Virus record (IMG/VR): IMGVR_UViG_3300021479_000015
Span: 4,223 to 68,222 of that record
Length of the DNA stretch: 64,000 bases
Source of the DNA: a virus
Reading direction: 5' to 3' (one strand)
Below, piece by piece: positions 38,001-46,432 of this stretch. Every line of letters begins with the position of its first letter. Position 1 is the first letter of the stretch. Both the position numbers and the translations under genes were made by a program. Under the pieces are notes generated by a model. The model made no database searches. It worked only from the letters and a program-made list of their open reading frames with translations, and was not told where the DNA came from.

Positions 38001-38495
38001 GTTGGCGCCAAGCGAGGCCGCCCAATCTGTCACACCTTCTTGCTCCGGGGTTGATGTCGGCAAGCCGGCGCGCTCAGCGATGTTCTTGAAGTGCGCGGTT
38101 GATCCCGTATAGATCGGCTTGTCATCGCCCTTGATTGCTTGCGCAGCTTGCGCACCCATAAGAAGCGGTCCAACAAAGGGATTCCGCTCCAAGTGGCTGG
38201 CTACTGCCGGATAGTTCTTGATGAAGTCGTTCGCGGAATTGATCGTATCGATTGGAAGTCCAAGGTCTTCTACCAACCCGGAAACGATGCCGTGCCCGCT
38301 GAACTTCGCCCAATTGCTTAGGTGATCGGCAACAGCCGGATTCTGCTGCAGAGTGTCATCGATCGACAACTCGTTCTTGACCTTGGTATAGGGATTGGGC
38401 GCGTAATCTCCTCCCGCCGAAGTAGGTGTAGGGGCTTGCCCCGCTTCTTCAGCGGGGTCCATTTTCAAAGACGAATATGGATTTTCATCCATCAT
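35091..38495 (-). CDS. large internal virion (ejection) protein
   Basis: 1134 aa, helical and Ala-rich; third of three genes of increasing size. Confidence 0.65.
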   Translation of the reverse strand: MMDENPYSSLKMDPAEEAGQAPTPTSAGGDYAPNPYTKVKNELSIDDTLQQNPAVADHLSNWAKFSGHGIVSGLVEDLGLPIDTINSANDFIKNYPAVASHLERNPFVGPLLMGAQAAQAIKGDDKPIYTGSTAHFKNIAERAGLPTSTPEQEGVTDWAASLGANIGEFAGANLPFAALGVAKEATSVGTSLARKAWNVFYHEAVPAVSIGSGAFIGEEVIPGDEGKTIGAVAGLLRLSAVKAAFSGVRSAKDWVKSLYSAEPRVARNISEAASDLPKAVEQLDKQPELSPGAEVPVDIQTEDPGLIALVRTVRDKDRDLAGLYDQQYQATEDAILADKQFSRASFPDTATYLRAKTAQWSQLVQRRAQQAVEEAKRAFDTAVGNAIPSEVDATKFKNLQSTLARQYLLEARDDMHAVTEAKWAKVDKAVPVSMDPVYDELNSIRKEHKERPGESDARFPGDVVDRFFENAEIEEETPASKPKKLPHEMNLAELNARTDEMRQRAGMKPLHEKKVAGGEETKRFGPGARLQDAIDLDSEIQQEIRQVTSDFAPDRVRLAYLTRISKALQGVKSAAPGGETLKEANAATKEFHQTFSRGPVGNILGHDEPGYPRVTPGETIDHVISQGSGGIDAFGAFMRAVSQKAGEGNAPAFLEKYLRQDFYTAAMPQGQFNRSRAQQWLRNNTGPLAHPGFENLRREVEDAIKSQGESVAAAKAETLSTTKLKQHAVSLFLNDPGRLFGNALHSTEQFSETRKLLDLTEGDSTGKATDGLVQMAFDRMIKDSIVQDHLTPEMQHVNGKAAHDWFERNDGVIKALDTARPGVAARFKRIAETARKNELHRLSPKIPGVSEKAATLALNDIVARITGAKVFTRLFGGHGGSSIQIASIGSQAFKKWAAALKPDDAIRILGEAMTDPKLFKALVKSINDEKEMAKAIQVFEPYWASMQIPLIQSALTQPMSPGTPQPKKLSAGISHEDDPFENVHGEPPKGNVAENVLNIASMAGPPIAAFAKGGLTGLAKEQGMQQPAWSERIANVLQSSEANTAFGMAGSPEFLAPPSKNVAKAITRVNAWIKEKEKYGEGHEQPALLTNIRIMMRGGPMAEKMAKHMLDTFEPHPSESLPPKTIEHNTFEGQ

Positions 38496-40291
38496 TGCCC
38501 CACAGCAGGCTTATGCGCGTCGCTCCACTCTTTTTCTTTTTGTGCGATCACGGCTGCAAGCGCCTTCTTGTCCTCGGGCGTCAACTGGCGGGAACGACTA
38601 CGCAACGTTTGTATCTGCTCCAGCGAAAGCGCGGTCGGATCCTTGCGCAAAATCTGCACCGGATCGCGCTTCGCTTGACTCTCCGGGAAGATGCCTATTT
38701 TATTTATCCGATCAAGATTTTCCTCATCCAACAATTTACCAGATTGTTGCATTAAGTTGATATCCGATTGAATATTTCCAGTAAACGACTGCAAAGAATC
38801 GGCAATAACCTTACGGTTAAATCCTTCCGATTTATAAACTTTTGGAATTCGATCCAGCACCGCGCCTATTGTTTTAGCGTTAGTCTTACCGCTACCCTCA
38901 TACAGCGAAAGCGCAGATTCTGCTTTAATATGCGCAGCTTCCCAGATCGCCGCGGGCTCGTTCACAGTCGCGTATTCGGCCGCCAGCGTCGAAAGCTTGC
39001 CGGTTGTCAGCCCTGCTACATCACCCATGTCGTAAAGAGTGTTCATCGCTGATATCAAATCGGTTGAATTTACGACGGTAGCGATATCTTGCCGATTAAA
39101 ACTCTTGCTCCCTGTTACTGATTCAAGCCGTGCTTGCGCTTGCGCAGACTGCTTGGACATCCCAGGATTTTCAGCCAAAATTTCTTTCGCGCGATCCGCA
39201 ATACGCCCTTCCTTGGTGGCGCTCGCTTGCGCAGCCTTAAACTCGCGTTCCGATTCCAGTTTTGCACTAGAAAGCGTATAGTTTTTATCGTCCTTGTGCA
39301 ATTCCATAAGCTCAGGTACGCGAGTCAGTTCGTAATCCCCGGCCGTGCCTAAACCACCAAGCCGTCCCACTCCTGCGATTGCAAACTTCTTGTGGAGGTC
39401 TTCCAATCCCTTGTTGTACTGCTCCAACTCCTGCTCGCTCGTCGGCGGCTTGGTCACTTGCACATAGTTCTGCACAGCGGTCTGCTCGGCAGTCGTCGCC
39501 TGCTTGCCAAACGCCTGGTTCCACGCCGCTAGTATCTGCTGTGGATCGCCGCTTGCCACGCGCTGGTCTGTTTTGAACGCGTTGAGACGCAGGTTGCGAT
39601 CCATGCTCTCGTCAGTAACTTTTCGCAACTCGCCAACCGCTTTAGCCCGGCTGTCCATCAGCTTTATTACGTCTTCGTCCATGCCGTTTTCCGCCAGAAA
39701 CTTCACCTTGTTGTCCTGATACTTGGTTGCGGCAAGACCCAGCTGCAGCTTGCCGGCTGTCGCATCTGTCTCCATGAGTTTGACCGCATCCGCGTACTCC
39801 TGCCGCATCATGTCGTGGCGCTTGAGCGCGAGTTCGGTGTTATCCTTCCAGGCGGTGTAGGCGTGCTTATAGGCTTCCTCGTCGCCCGCCCGGATGGCGT
39901 CCATCGCAGCGGAAGAACCCTGCAGCGCGTTGATCATGGGGCGATGCGTGAACGCAGCAGCGATCATGGCGAACACGCTGCCCACCGAGCCGAACGCTTT
40001 CACGGGATCGGTGGCAAATTTCTGCTTCTGCTGGTCTTCGTTCCACGAAGGGATGTCGTGCGAGGTGGCGGCTTCGGCGTTGAACGCCTGGTGCGCGCGA
40101 ACTCGCGATTCTTCGACATTAGCGGAAGTGGACGTGATGATGGATTTGTCGTCCGCGGCCTTCACGTCGGCAAGATTGCCGAGCCCCTTGGATACCTTGC
40201 CGATGTCGCCCGCGCCCGTATCGGACGGCGCGAAGATGGGATCGGCCGATTCAGGCAGGATCGTCTCGCCTTCGGCAAAAGCGTTGGCCAT
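38492..40291 (-). CDS. internal virion (ejection) protein
   Basis: 599 aa, helical; position. Confidence 0.6.
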   Translation of the reverse strand: MANAFAEGETILPESADPIFAPSDTGAGDIGKVSKGLGNLADVKAADDKSIITSTSANVEESRVRAHQAFNAEAATSHDIPSWNEDQQKQKFATDPVKAFGSVGSVFAMIAAAFTHRPMINALQGSSAAMDAIRAGDEEAYKHAYTAWKDNTELALKRHDMMRQEYADAVKLMETDATAGKLQLGLAATKYQDNKVKFLAENGMDEDVIKLMDSRAKAVGELRKVTDESMDRNLRLNAFKTDQRVASGDPQQILAAWNQAFGKQATTAEQTAVQNYVQVTKPPTSEQELEQYNKGLEDLHKKFAIAGVGRLGGLGTAGDYELTRVPELMELHKDDKNYTLSSAKLESEREFKAAQASATKEGRIADRAKEILAENPGMSKQSAQAQARLESVTGSKSFNRQDIATVVNSTDLISAMNTLYDMGDVAGLTTGKLSTLAAEYATVNEPAAIWEAAHIKAESALSLYEGSGKTNAKTIGAVLDRIPKVYKSEGFNRKVIADSLQSFTGNIQSDINLMQQSGKLLDEENLDRINKIGIFPESQAKRDPVQILRKDPTALSLEQIQTLRSRSRQLTPEDKKALAAVIAQKEKEWSDAHKPAVGQ

Positions 40292-40299
40292 ACCTCATG

Positions 40300-40989
40300 C
40301 TATACCGCAGCCAGCGGCGCGAGAGAAGCCAAGGATGACCCGATCTTGCCCCAATCCATGCTGCCGAGCGACTTGGCGAAGCCCATGATGGCGTTGGTGG
40401 TGTCTTGCTGCTGCTGGGCATCGATCGCCGCGAGCTTCTCCTGGATGCCCACTTCCATCCCTAATGCCTGATTACCTTGCGTGATGAGCTGGTTGCCGGC
40501 GTCGAACAACTGCTTCTCCAAGGCGCCCCGCTCTACTTCCGTTTGCAGCCCAAGCGAGTTTATATCCTGAGTGAGGCCGCTGTTGCCCATCGGGTTGGTA
40601 TTCTGCCCTCGCGAGCCCGCTCCCTGAATCAGACGAGCCTTAGCGGCGTTCTGGGCCAGTTCCAGTTGAGCCTGCTGGGCGGGGGGTAAAGTGCCCTGCT
40701 CCAGGTACGACTGCAACCCTTGCCCTTCCGCGGTCAAATGCGAGCCCAAGGCGCCCAACTGCCCCGCTTCCCCGGTCAAGGCGTTGACCGGAGCCGAGTT
40801 CGGGTCGCCCTTGAAGATATCGTAGGCCCCCACCCCCAAGGCGAGCCCCGGTCCTGCCACATTCCCGATATTGCCCAGGAGGCCGCCCGCGCCGGCAGCC
40901 CCGGAACTTGCGATGTTCGGAAACGGCGACTGGCTGCCGCCGGTCGGATCCTGGTAGTCGTTGCCGGTCAGGTTGAAGTTCGGGTCCAT
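40300..40989 (-). CDS. small ejection/pilot protein
   Basis: G/A/Q-rich; position. Confidence 0.6.
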   Translation of the reverse strand: MDPNFNLTGNDYQDPTGGSQSPFPNIASSGAAGAGGLLGNIGNVAGPGLALGVGAYDIFKGDPNSAPVNALTGEAGQLGALGSHLTAEGQGLQSYLEQGTLPPAQQAQLELAQNAAKARLIQGAGSRGQNTNPMGNSGLTQDINSLGLQTEVERGALEKQLFDAGNQLITQGNQALGMEVGIQEKLAAIDAQQQQDTTNAIMGFAKSLGSMDWGKIGSSLASLAPLAAV

Positions 40990-40990
40990 C

Positions 40991-41482
40991 TTACACCCTT
41001 GCGAATATCTGCTTGCGCTCGAACAGCCGCCCAAGTTTCTCCTTGATAAGGTCGTGCGGCACGTCCGTCATCTCCTCCACCACGATGATGGCCACCCCCT
41101 GGTTCTTGGCCCATTGCAGGAAGTGGTCGTAGAAATCGGCCGCGCCTTCGACATGCCCTTCCTCCGCAAGCACGAAGCGCTCGCGCACTACCGGGCGGCC
41201 ATCCAGCGTTTCCTCGCGCATCGTCTGCGCGAGCGCACAACCATGCTCCTGGTAGAGGAAGAGGTGCTCGTTAGAGTAGATCAGGCTCTTGAGCCACTGC
41301 ATGATCTGCGGCTCGCTCAAGGTCGGCCGCGCCTTCTGCAGGCGGCGCATGATCCAGCCACCATGCTTTTGCAAGTCGGCAACCTCGAAGCGGCGCGTGA
41401 CGGGCGGCGGCGCGATCGCGTTACCCTCCACTGCGGCGACGTTGGGCATCTTGGTCGTTTGACGAATAGCCTCAACCGTCAT
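40991..41482 (-). CDS. hypothetical virion-assembly protein (possibly GNAT-like)
   Basis: size and position between nozzle and ejection genes. Confidence 0.5.
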   Translation of the reverse strand: MTVEAIRQTTKMPNVAAVEGNAIAPPPVTRRFEVADLQKHGGWIMRRLQKARPTLSEPQIMQWLKSLIYSNEHLFLYQEHGCALAQTMREETLDGRPVVRERFVLAEEGHVEGAADFYDHFLQWAKNQGVAIIVVEEMTDVPHDLIKEKLGRLFERKQIFARV

Positions 41483-41697
41483 GCTGGTCGCTCCCTAATC
41501 TCGGCCTTCAACCCAATTTTATCAAGAGCACGTTTTATTTTCTGCGCTTCCCAAGAATTTTTGCAAACCCATCCTAAATCGCGTTCGCCAAATCCAGCGC
41601 CGCTGAAGTCTGAAACTCGCCCGGCCGCGTTGTGAGCAACGCTGTCCATATGAAACTCGCCATTCCAAGCGTATTTTGTCACTACCTCAACACCCAT
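41479..41697 (-). CDS. small hypothetical protein
   Basis: coupled ORF. Confidence 0.5.
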   Translation of the reverse strand: MGVEVVTKYAWNGEFHMDSVAHNAAGRVSDFSGAGFGERDLGWVCKNSWEAQKIKRALDKIGLKAEIRERPA

Positions 41698-41698
41698 A

Positions 41699-42046
41699 TC
41701 AAGAAACTCCTAGAAGAGAACTGGCGGCTTGGTGCTCGATGTAGTGCTGGCCGATCCATTGCGCCAAAGCGGCCTCGTCTTGCCAGTCTACCTCCGAGAG
41801 GTTGTAAGACGCAAGACCAAGCGCCTTGTCCATCGCCTGGTGCATATCCTGATGCGAATTGAGAAACCCCGCCAGACTGGCGGGGTCTTCGGGGTCAAAC
41901 GGCTCCAGCGGGTATTCTACCAAGATGATGCCCTTGGTGGCTTCCACGAGGCGGATGATATCGCGATGCGAGGCAGCATTCGCGAACTGCCACCCTGCCA
42001 GATCGGTGGACGTGCGGGGAACGGCGCTGAGTTGGGCGAGAGGCAT
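41699..42046 (-). CDS. His-containing hypothetical protein
   Basis: SHQDMH, QHYIEH; coupled to the nozzle gene. Confidence 0.65.
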   Translation of the reverse strand: MPLAQLSAVPRTSTDLAGWQFANAASHRDIIRLVEATKGIILVEYPLEPFDPEDPASLAGFLNSHQDMHQAMDKALGLASYNLSEVDWQDEAALAQWIGQHYIEHQAASSLLGVS

Positions 42047-44373
42047 TAGCCGCGGAACCCCACGATTTCATCCTGCAGCGCTACGCTGATCAGGTTCATA
42101 TCTGCCGCTTGCGTCGTGATGGTCAACCCCGTCATGACGCCTTGCTGTCCGATCGCTTGCGGCGGCACTTCGAAATACCCCGCGACCGCGGGGGTGATCA
42201 CATACGGGTTGTTCGTGAACGGGGCTGCGGTATTCTCGTTATCGACGTTCACCGTAAAGCTCGGGCTTGAATTATTATAGACGTAGGCTACCCCGAACAG
42301 CCGCGTGGATGTCTTGAGATGCGTGTACCCTCCAGGCGCATCCCACAAGCGCGACTGCACCACTTTGCTAAATCCGTTCGTCGGCACTTGAAACAGCGGG
42401 TAAATGTTGAAGTTGTCCATCCCGTAGACGGTCAAGACGGAATTGATCTCGGAGCTTGCCACGAAAGTGAGCGATAAATCCTGCGTGGATGCCCACCACA
42501 CTTTGCCGTCCCACATGAACAGCTTGCGCACCGACCCGCCGCTTATGGGATCGATGATGGGAACCAGCACCATCCACACTTTTCGATTAAAGACCGTCGC
42601 CTTGGCCGCGCTCAACTGCCGCCCCCCAAAATTAGCGACCGAGTTCCACAAACCGTTGGGAATGCCTGAGCCGTCGAGATCGTCGCTCACCTTGGCGAAC
42701 GTCGAGCCGGCAAGCTGGTAGACCCCGATCGAGTTGGCGAGCATCGGCAGGTTGCCAAAGGTTAGCACGGATGCCGGATAGGGTGTCCCAATCTCGGGAT
42801 CGGCGTTGAGGTAACTGTAGGTCGTGGTAGGCGGTGTGCCGCTGGTGGTCACACCCGAGATGTAATCGGTCGCCGAATCCCCGATCAGGAAGAGGAAGCC
42901 GTTGCTCGCCAACAGCTGCGTATAGCCTACGCGAAGCTTGCTGTTCGACGCGGTGAATGACACCCCACCGGCACTGGTGGCGAAATTAACCACGCTGCCG
43001 GGCGCGCTGGCGTTGATCTGGTTGCCGTTGGCGACCCACACGTGCCCGGCATAGGTCTCAACCGCGGTGCCCTGAATGCCGAACGGCATCAGCTCGACGG
43101 TTGCCGAAGCGTTCACAGGCGCATCCGCTACCGTCAAAGTAGGCGGCGTGTTGCTGCCGTAGAGGCCGCCGCTGGCTATCGTCACTCCTGTAATGACGCC
43201 GGCTGTGATGATAGGCTGAAACGTCGCTTGTTGAACGGGCGACCCACCACCGGAAGCTACGATCGTAGTAGAGGCACTATAATTGGTGCCCGTAGGAGTG
43301 CCGGTCACGCTGGTGACCGTGAAATTGCCGGTGTCCGATGTCGTCAACGTCGCAGTCGGTGCTCCACCTCCACGTTGATAATCACCTTTGTTGACTATCG
43401 TAACGCTCGTTATGACTCCTCCCGAAATAACCGGACTGAGAACCGCTCCCGTGAAAGTGGCTGTGCCACTCGATGTAATCGTTAAATTTAGCGTAGTAAA
43501 TCGTGAATATCCACTTCCACCATTAGTAACTACGATCGAACTGATTCCCCAATCTGGGCTCCCTGGTATGTTGTTGGCAAATGTCACCGTGAACGTCGCA
43601 CCACTACCGCCGCCCGTAGACGAAAGCACCGCAGTCAAAGAAGCGCCGCTGCCACCCGAATTGCCCCCTGAAAACGCAAGCGTGACCGTCTGCCCCGGCA
43701 GATATCCCGCGCCGGGATTGGTCTCGGTCACGTTCGTCACCACACCGTTATTGATCGTCGCTACGAACGTGGCACCGAAGCCGCTGCCGCCGGTCGCCAC
43801 TACGATGGGGTTGGTCTTGTAGCCGGCGCCGACATTGGTGAGGGTGACGATCGGCCCGAGCGAGCCCGCCTGGTAAAGGATCGCTCCATCCCAGACCCAA
43901 TAGCCGTTGAAGCTCGTATTGCCGGGGGCTGACGCGACGATGATCAGGTACTGGCTGGCCCACTGCGTAATGCCGATGTTGATCGTGGCCGCACCGGGGG
44001 CGGAACCGGGCGGCAGGATTTGCGTCGTTGCGCCATCAGACAAACGCACCTGCTGTAGGCTGCCGTCCGACAGCTCCACTGCGGCGTAGGCAGTGGATCC
44101 CAGATTATAGAAAGCAAACCAGACGATCGAAAGCGCGCCGGGGGCTGTGAACAGCTTCGTTCCTTTGCCGGGGAGCGTGCGCAGATTGCGCTTCTTGAGC
44201 GGCATGAAACCGTCGCACCACGCCATCTTGCGCTCGTCCACTCCCAAGCGAGGAACGGACGTATCGATGCCTTGAAACTCCTCGAACAGGAGAGGTTGCG
44301 GCCCCGGCGGGTAGTAAGGGTTTTCCTGCTCGGCAGTAGGGGGCGAGGGCTTCTCCAGGCTCATGGCTTCCAC
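42046..44373 (-). CDS. tail nozzle/stabilisation protein (P22 gp10 / T7 gp12 position) with inserted GxGY repeats
   Basis: beta-rich ~770 aa after the adaptors; internal TNVGAGY, TNPGAGY, TNGGSGY. Confidence 0.65.
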   Translation of the reverse strand: MEAMSLEKPSPPTAEQENPYYPPGPQPLLFEEFQGIDTSVPRLGVDERKMAWCDGFMPLKKRNLRTLPGKGTKLFTAPGALSIVWFAFYNLGSTAYAAVELSDGSLQQVRLSDGATTQILPPGSAPGAATINIGITQWASQYLIIVASAPGNTSFNGYWVWDGAILYQAGSLGPIVTLTNVGAGYKTNPIVVATGGSGFGATFVATINNGVVTNVTETNPGAGYLPGQTVTLAFSGGNSGGSGASLTAVLSSTGGGSGATFTVTFANNIPGSPDWGISSIVVTNGGSGYSRFTTLNLTITSSGTATFTGAVLSPVISGGVITSVTIVNKGDYQRGGGAPTATLTTSDTGNFTVTSVTGTPTGTNYSASTTIVASGGGSPVQQATFQPIITAGVITGVTIASGGLYGSNTPPTLTVADAPVNASATVELMPFGIQGTAVETYAGHVWVANGNQINASAPGSVVNFATSAGGVSFTASNSKLRVGYTQLLASNGFLFLIGDSATDYISGVTTSGTPPTTTYSYLNADPEIGTPYPASVLTFGNLPMLANSIGVYQLAGSTFAKVSDDLDGSGIPNGLWNSVANFGGRQLSAAKATVFNRKVWMVLVPIIDPISGGSVRKLFMWDGKVWWASTQDLSLTFVASSEINSVLTVYGMDNFNIYPLFQVPTNGFSKVVQSRLWDAPGGYTHLKTSTRLFGVAYVYNNSSPSFTVNVDNENTAAPFTNNPYVITPAVAGYFEVPPQAIGQQGVMTGLTITTQAADMNLISVALQDEIVGFRG

Positions 44374-44570
44374 TGAGCATTAGCAAGACCACAGCATCCC
44401 TTGCGCGCGGCACCAAGCGGCTCCGTAATGGGCTGCCCTGCCGGCACCGAAGGCGCTGCAGGCCCCCACTGCCACATCATGCACTGCGATCCGATGCAGC
44501 GCGCGGCCGTCGAGCGTGCAACGTCGAACGGGCACCACTTGGTCGCAGCTTCGTCTTCTGTGAACATCAA
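44361..44570 (-). CDS. small Cys-rich protein
   Basis: KWCPF..CIGSQCMMWQW..GCCGLA. Confidence 0.65.
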   Translation of the reverse strand: MMFTEDEAATKWCPFDVARSTAARCIGSQCMMWQWGPAAPSVPAGQPITEPLGAARKGCCGLANAQWKP

Positions 44571-45493
44571 TAGCGGCCGTAGGGATTGACGGCCCTCCCT
44601 ACCCGCGCATAGTTAGACTTGCGCAGCGTCATCTCGTCAAACAGCCCGAGATAAAATTTAGCGGCGTTGAAATTCTGCAGCTCAAGATAGCCCATGTAGG
44701 CGGCCCAATACGGGACCACATCGTCCCACGGCTTGGGGATCACATCTACGCTCTGATTGTCGGTCAAGTCCTGCGGCACGCAGAAGCAATCGAACTCCCA
44801 CTGGAAAACCTGACTGGCGATCGGGTAGGCGTAGAACGATCCTTGGTTGCCCTGCCCGTACTGGGAAGCGAAGCAAGGGACGAACTGGTACTGGAACGGG
44901 TACTGCCTGATCTTCGCCTGATAGACGCTGAACGCGTACATCGGCAGCGAATAACGAAAGTTCGCATAGATGACCGACACCGACTTGATCGCGTAGACTG
45001 AATCGATGCCAGGGAACATGCTGACATCGATATCCGAGAAATTGTAGCTCTCCTGCCCCGGATTGAGCTTGTTGACTCCCACCACCGTTAAGCTGGCGGT
45101 CGCCCCCGAGCCGGTCGGATCGGAGATCGTCACTTGCGGCTGGAAATAGCCGTCGCCGCCGAAGTTGATGTTGACCGCCGTGATGATGCCGCCCGACTGC
45201 GTTGCCGAGGCTTGCGCCTGCGCACCGTTAGGGAATATCGTGGCACCGCTCGGAAAGTCGGGCGCGCTGATCGCCACAACCGGAGCCGTGTAACCCGTCC
45301 CTCCCGTCAGCACTTTGGCGGTCGTGATCTTGCCGGCGATCGGCGTCAAGCGCCGCACGCATTGCGTACGCTCCGCGATCTCGCGGCGTCCCTGGTTGAT
45401 GTAGTCGATCAGGTCGCGCGGATTGATTTCCTCCTGCCGCTTCTCGTGCAGAAACTTGGTCGCCTGCTTCAGATACTCGTTGAGCGTTGCCAT
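44567..45493 (-). CDS. head-tail adaptor-like protein with inserted GxGY domain
   Basis: LIDYINQGRREIA..IPKPWDDVVPYWAAY. Confidence 0.65.
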   Translation of the reverse strand: MATLNEYLKQATKFLHEKRQEEINPRDLIDYINQGRREIAERTQCVRRLTPIAGKITTAKVLTGGTGYTAPVVAISAPDFPSGATIFPNGAQAQASATQSGGIITAVNINFGGDGYFQPQVTISDPTGSGATASLTVVGVNKLNPGQESYNFSDIDVSMFPGIDSVYAIKSVSVIYANFRYSLPMYAFSVYQAKIRQYPFQYQFVPCFASQYGQGNQGSFYAYPIASQVFQWEFDCFCVPQDLTDNQSVDVIPKPWDDVVPYWAAYMGYLELQNFNAAKFYLGLFDEMTLRKSNYARVGRAVNPYGRY

Positions 45494-45497
45494 CGTA

Positions 45498-45656
45498 CTA
45501 TTTTTTCGGGTAGCACTCGGCTAAAACGATAAGCGGGCTGTCCTTGATGTAATCGCGCAAGCCGGTGCAGGAACCAAGGTCGTACATTTGGTAAGTGTAT
45601 GTTTCCGGCATTGGTCCGCCCCGCAACATCACCACGACCAAGATAGCTGTAATCAT
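45498..45656 (-). CDS. small two-Cys peptide with hydrophobic N-terminus
   Basis: 52 aa, ATGA-coupled. Confidence 0.45.
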   Translation of the reverse strand: MITAILVVVMLRGGPMPETYTYQMYDLGSCTGLRDYIKDSPLIVLAECYPKK

Positions 45657-46423
45657 TGCCCGCTCGCTTTCTGCAAACCGAGCTTGTTTGCGGTCGTAGA
45701 GTCAGGACTTTGCTGGTACTGCCCACGCAGCAGCGATGGATTCGAGAAGCGGCGGGCGCGTTGCACGAACGTCTGGTAGTAGCCAAACAAGCGCTCGGCA
45801 TCCGCCTGCCGCGCAGAAGTCTGCGCCGACAGCAACGCCAGGTACGCGGCAAAGTAGGGTACGGCATCGGTGAAGATGTATGGTATCGCTTCCACGTCGG
45901 CATCAGCCGCCAGTGCGATCGGGTAGCACACACAATCGCAGTTCAAGGTGTAGACGAGATCGGGCGGCGGATCGAGGTAGAAGCTGCCGCTCGACATCGT
46001 GCCCGCACCGATACCCGTGATCGAACCTTGCCCCGACGCGCCTTGCCCGTATTGCGACCACTCGGACGGAAAACTGTTCTGCGGCACCGGATTGTTCAGG
46101 AAAAACGTGTCGAAATACTCCCACCCGCGCGGCCACAGCATCTTCTGACCGGACGCCACGTTGTAGGTTATGCGCCGGACGTGGATGACGCCTTGCGCCC
46201 CGGTTGCGGACGGCGTTCCGATGTTGATGGACGAGAAGCTGTAGTTCCTGATGCCGATCTGGGTCTGGATCGTACCGATGATGCGGATGCACTCGGTTTC
46301 ACCCGCGAGTTGCCCGCGTGCCGAGTTGATCCAGGAGTCGATGTCCGCTGTCACATAGAGCGACAAAGGTGCTTTCGGGTTTTGAAGCAGCCTTTGAGTA
46401 GCGGTTTCGTAAGCGGTAAGAAT
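45653..46423 (-). CDS. second head-tail adaptor-like paralogue, probable ATT start
   Basis: IDSWINSARGQLA..IPYIFTDAVPYFAAY parallels 44567-45493; AGGAG lies 6 nt before ATT. Confidence 0.65.
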   Translation of the reverse strand: MLTAYETATQRLLQNPKAPLSLYVTADIDSWINSARGQLAGETECIRIIGTIQTQIGIRNYSFSSINIGTPSATGAQGVIHVRRITYNVASGQKMLWPRGWEYFDTFFLNNPVPQNSFPSEWSQYGQGASGQGSITGIGAGTMSSGSFYLDPPPDLVYTLNCDCVCYPIALAADADVEAIPYIFTDAVPYFAAYLALLSAQTSARQADAERLFGYYQTFVQRARRFSNPSLLRGQYQQSPDSTTANKLGLQKASGQ

Positions 46424-46432
46424 ATCACGCTC

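Noticed and set aside
35091-38495. Tape measure protein
   Set aside because: No tail tube or chaperone genes recognised; the gene order fits podovirus ejection proteins
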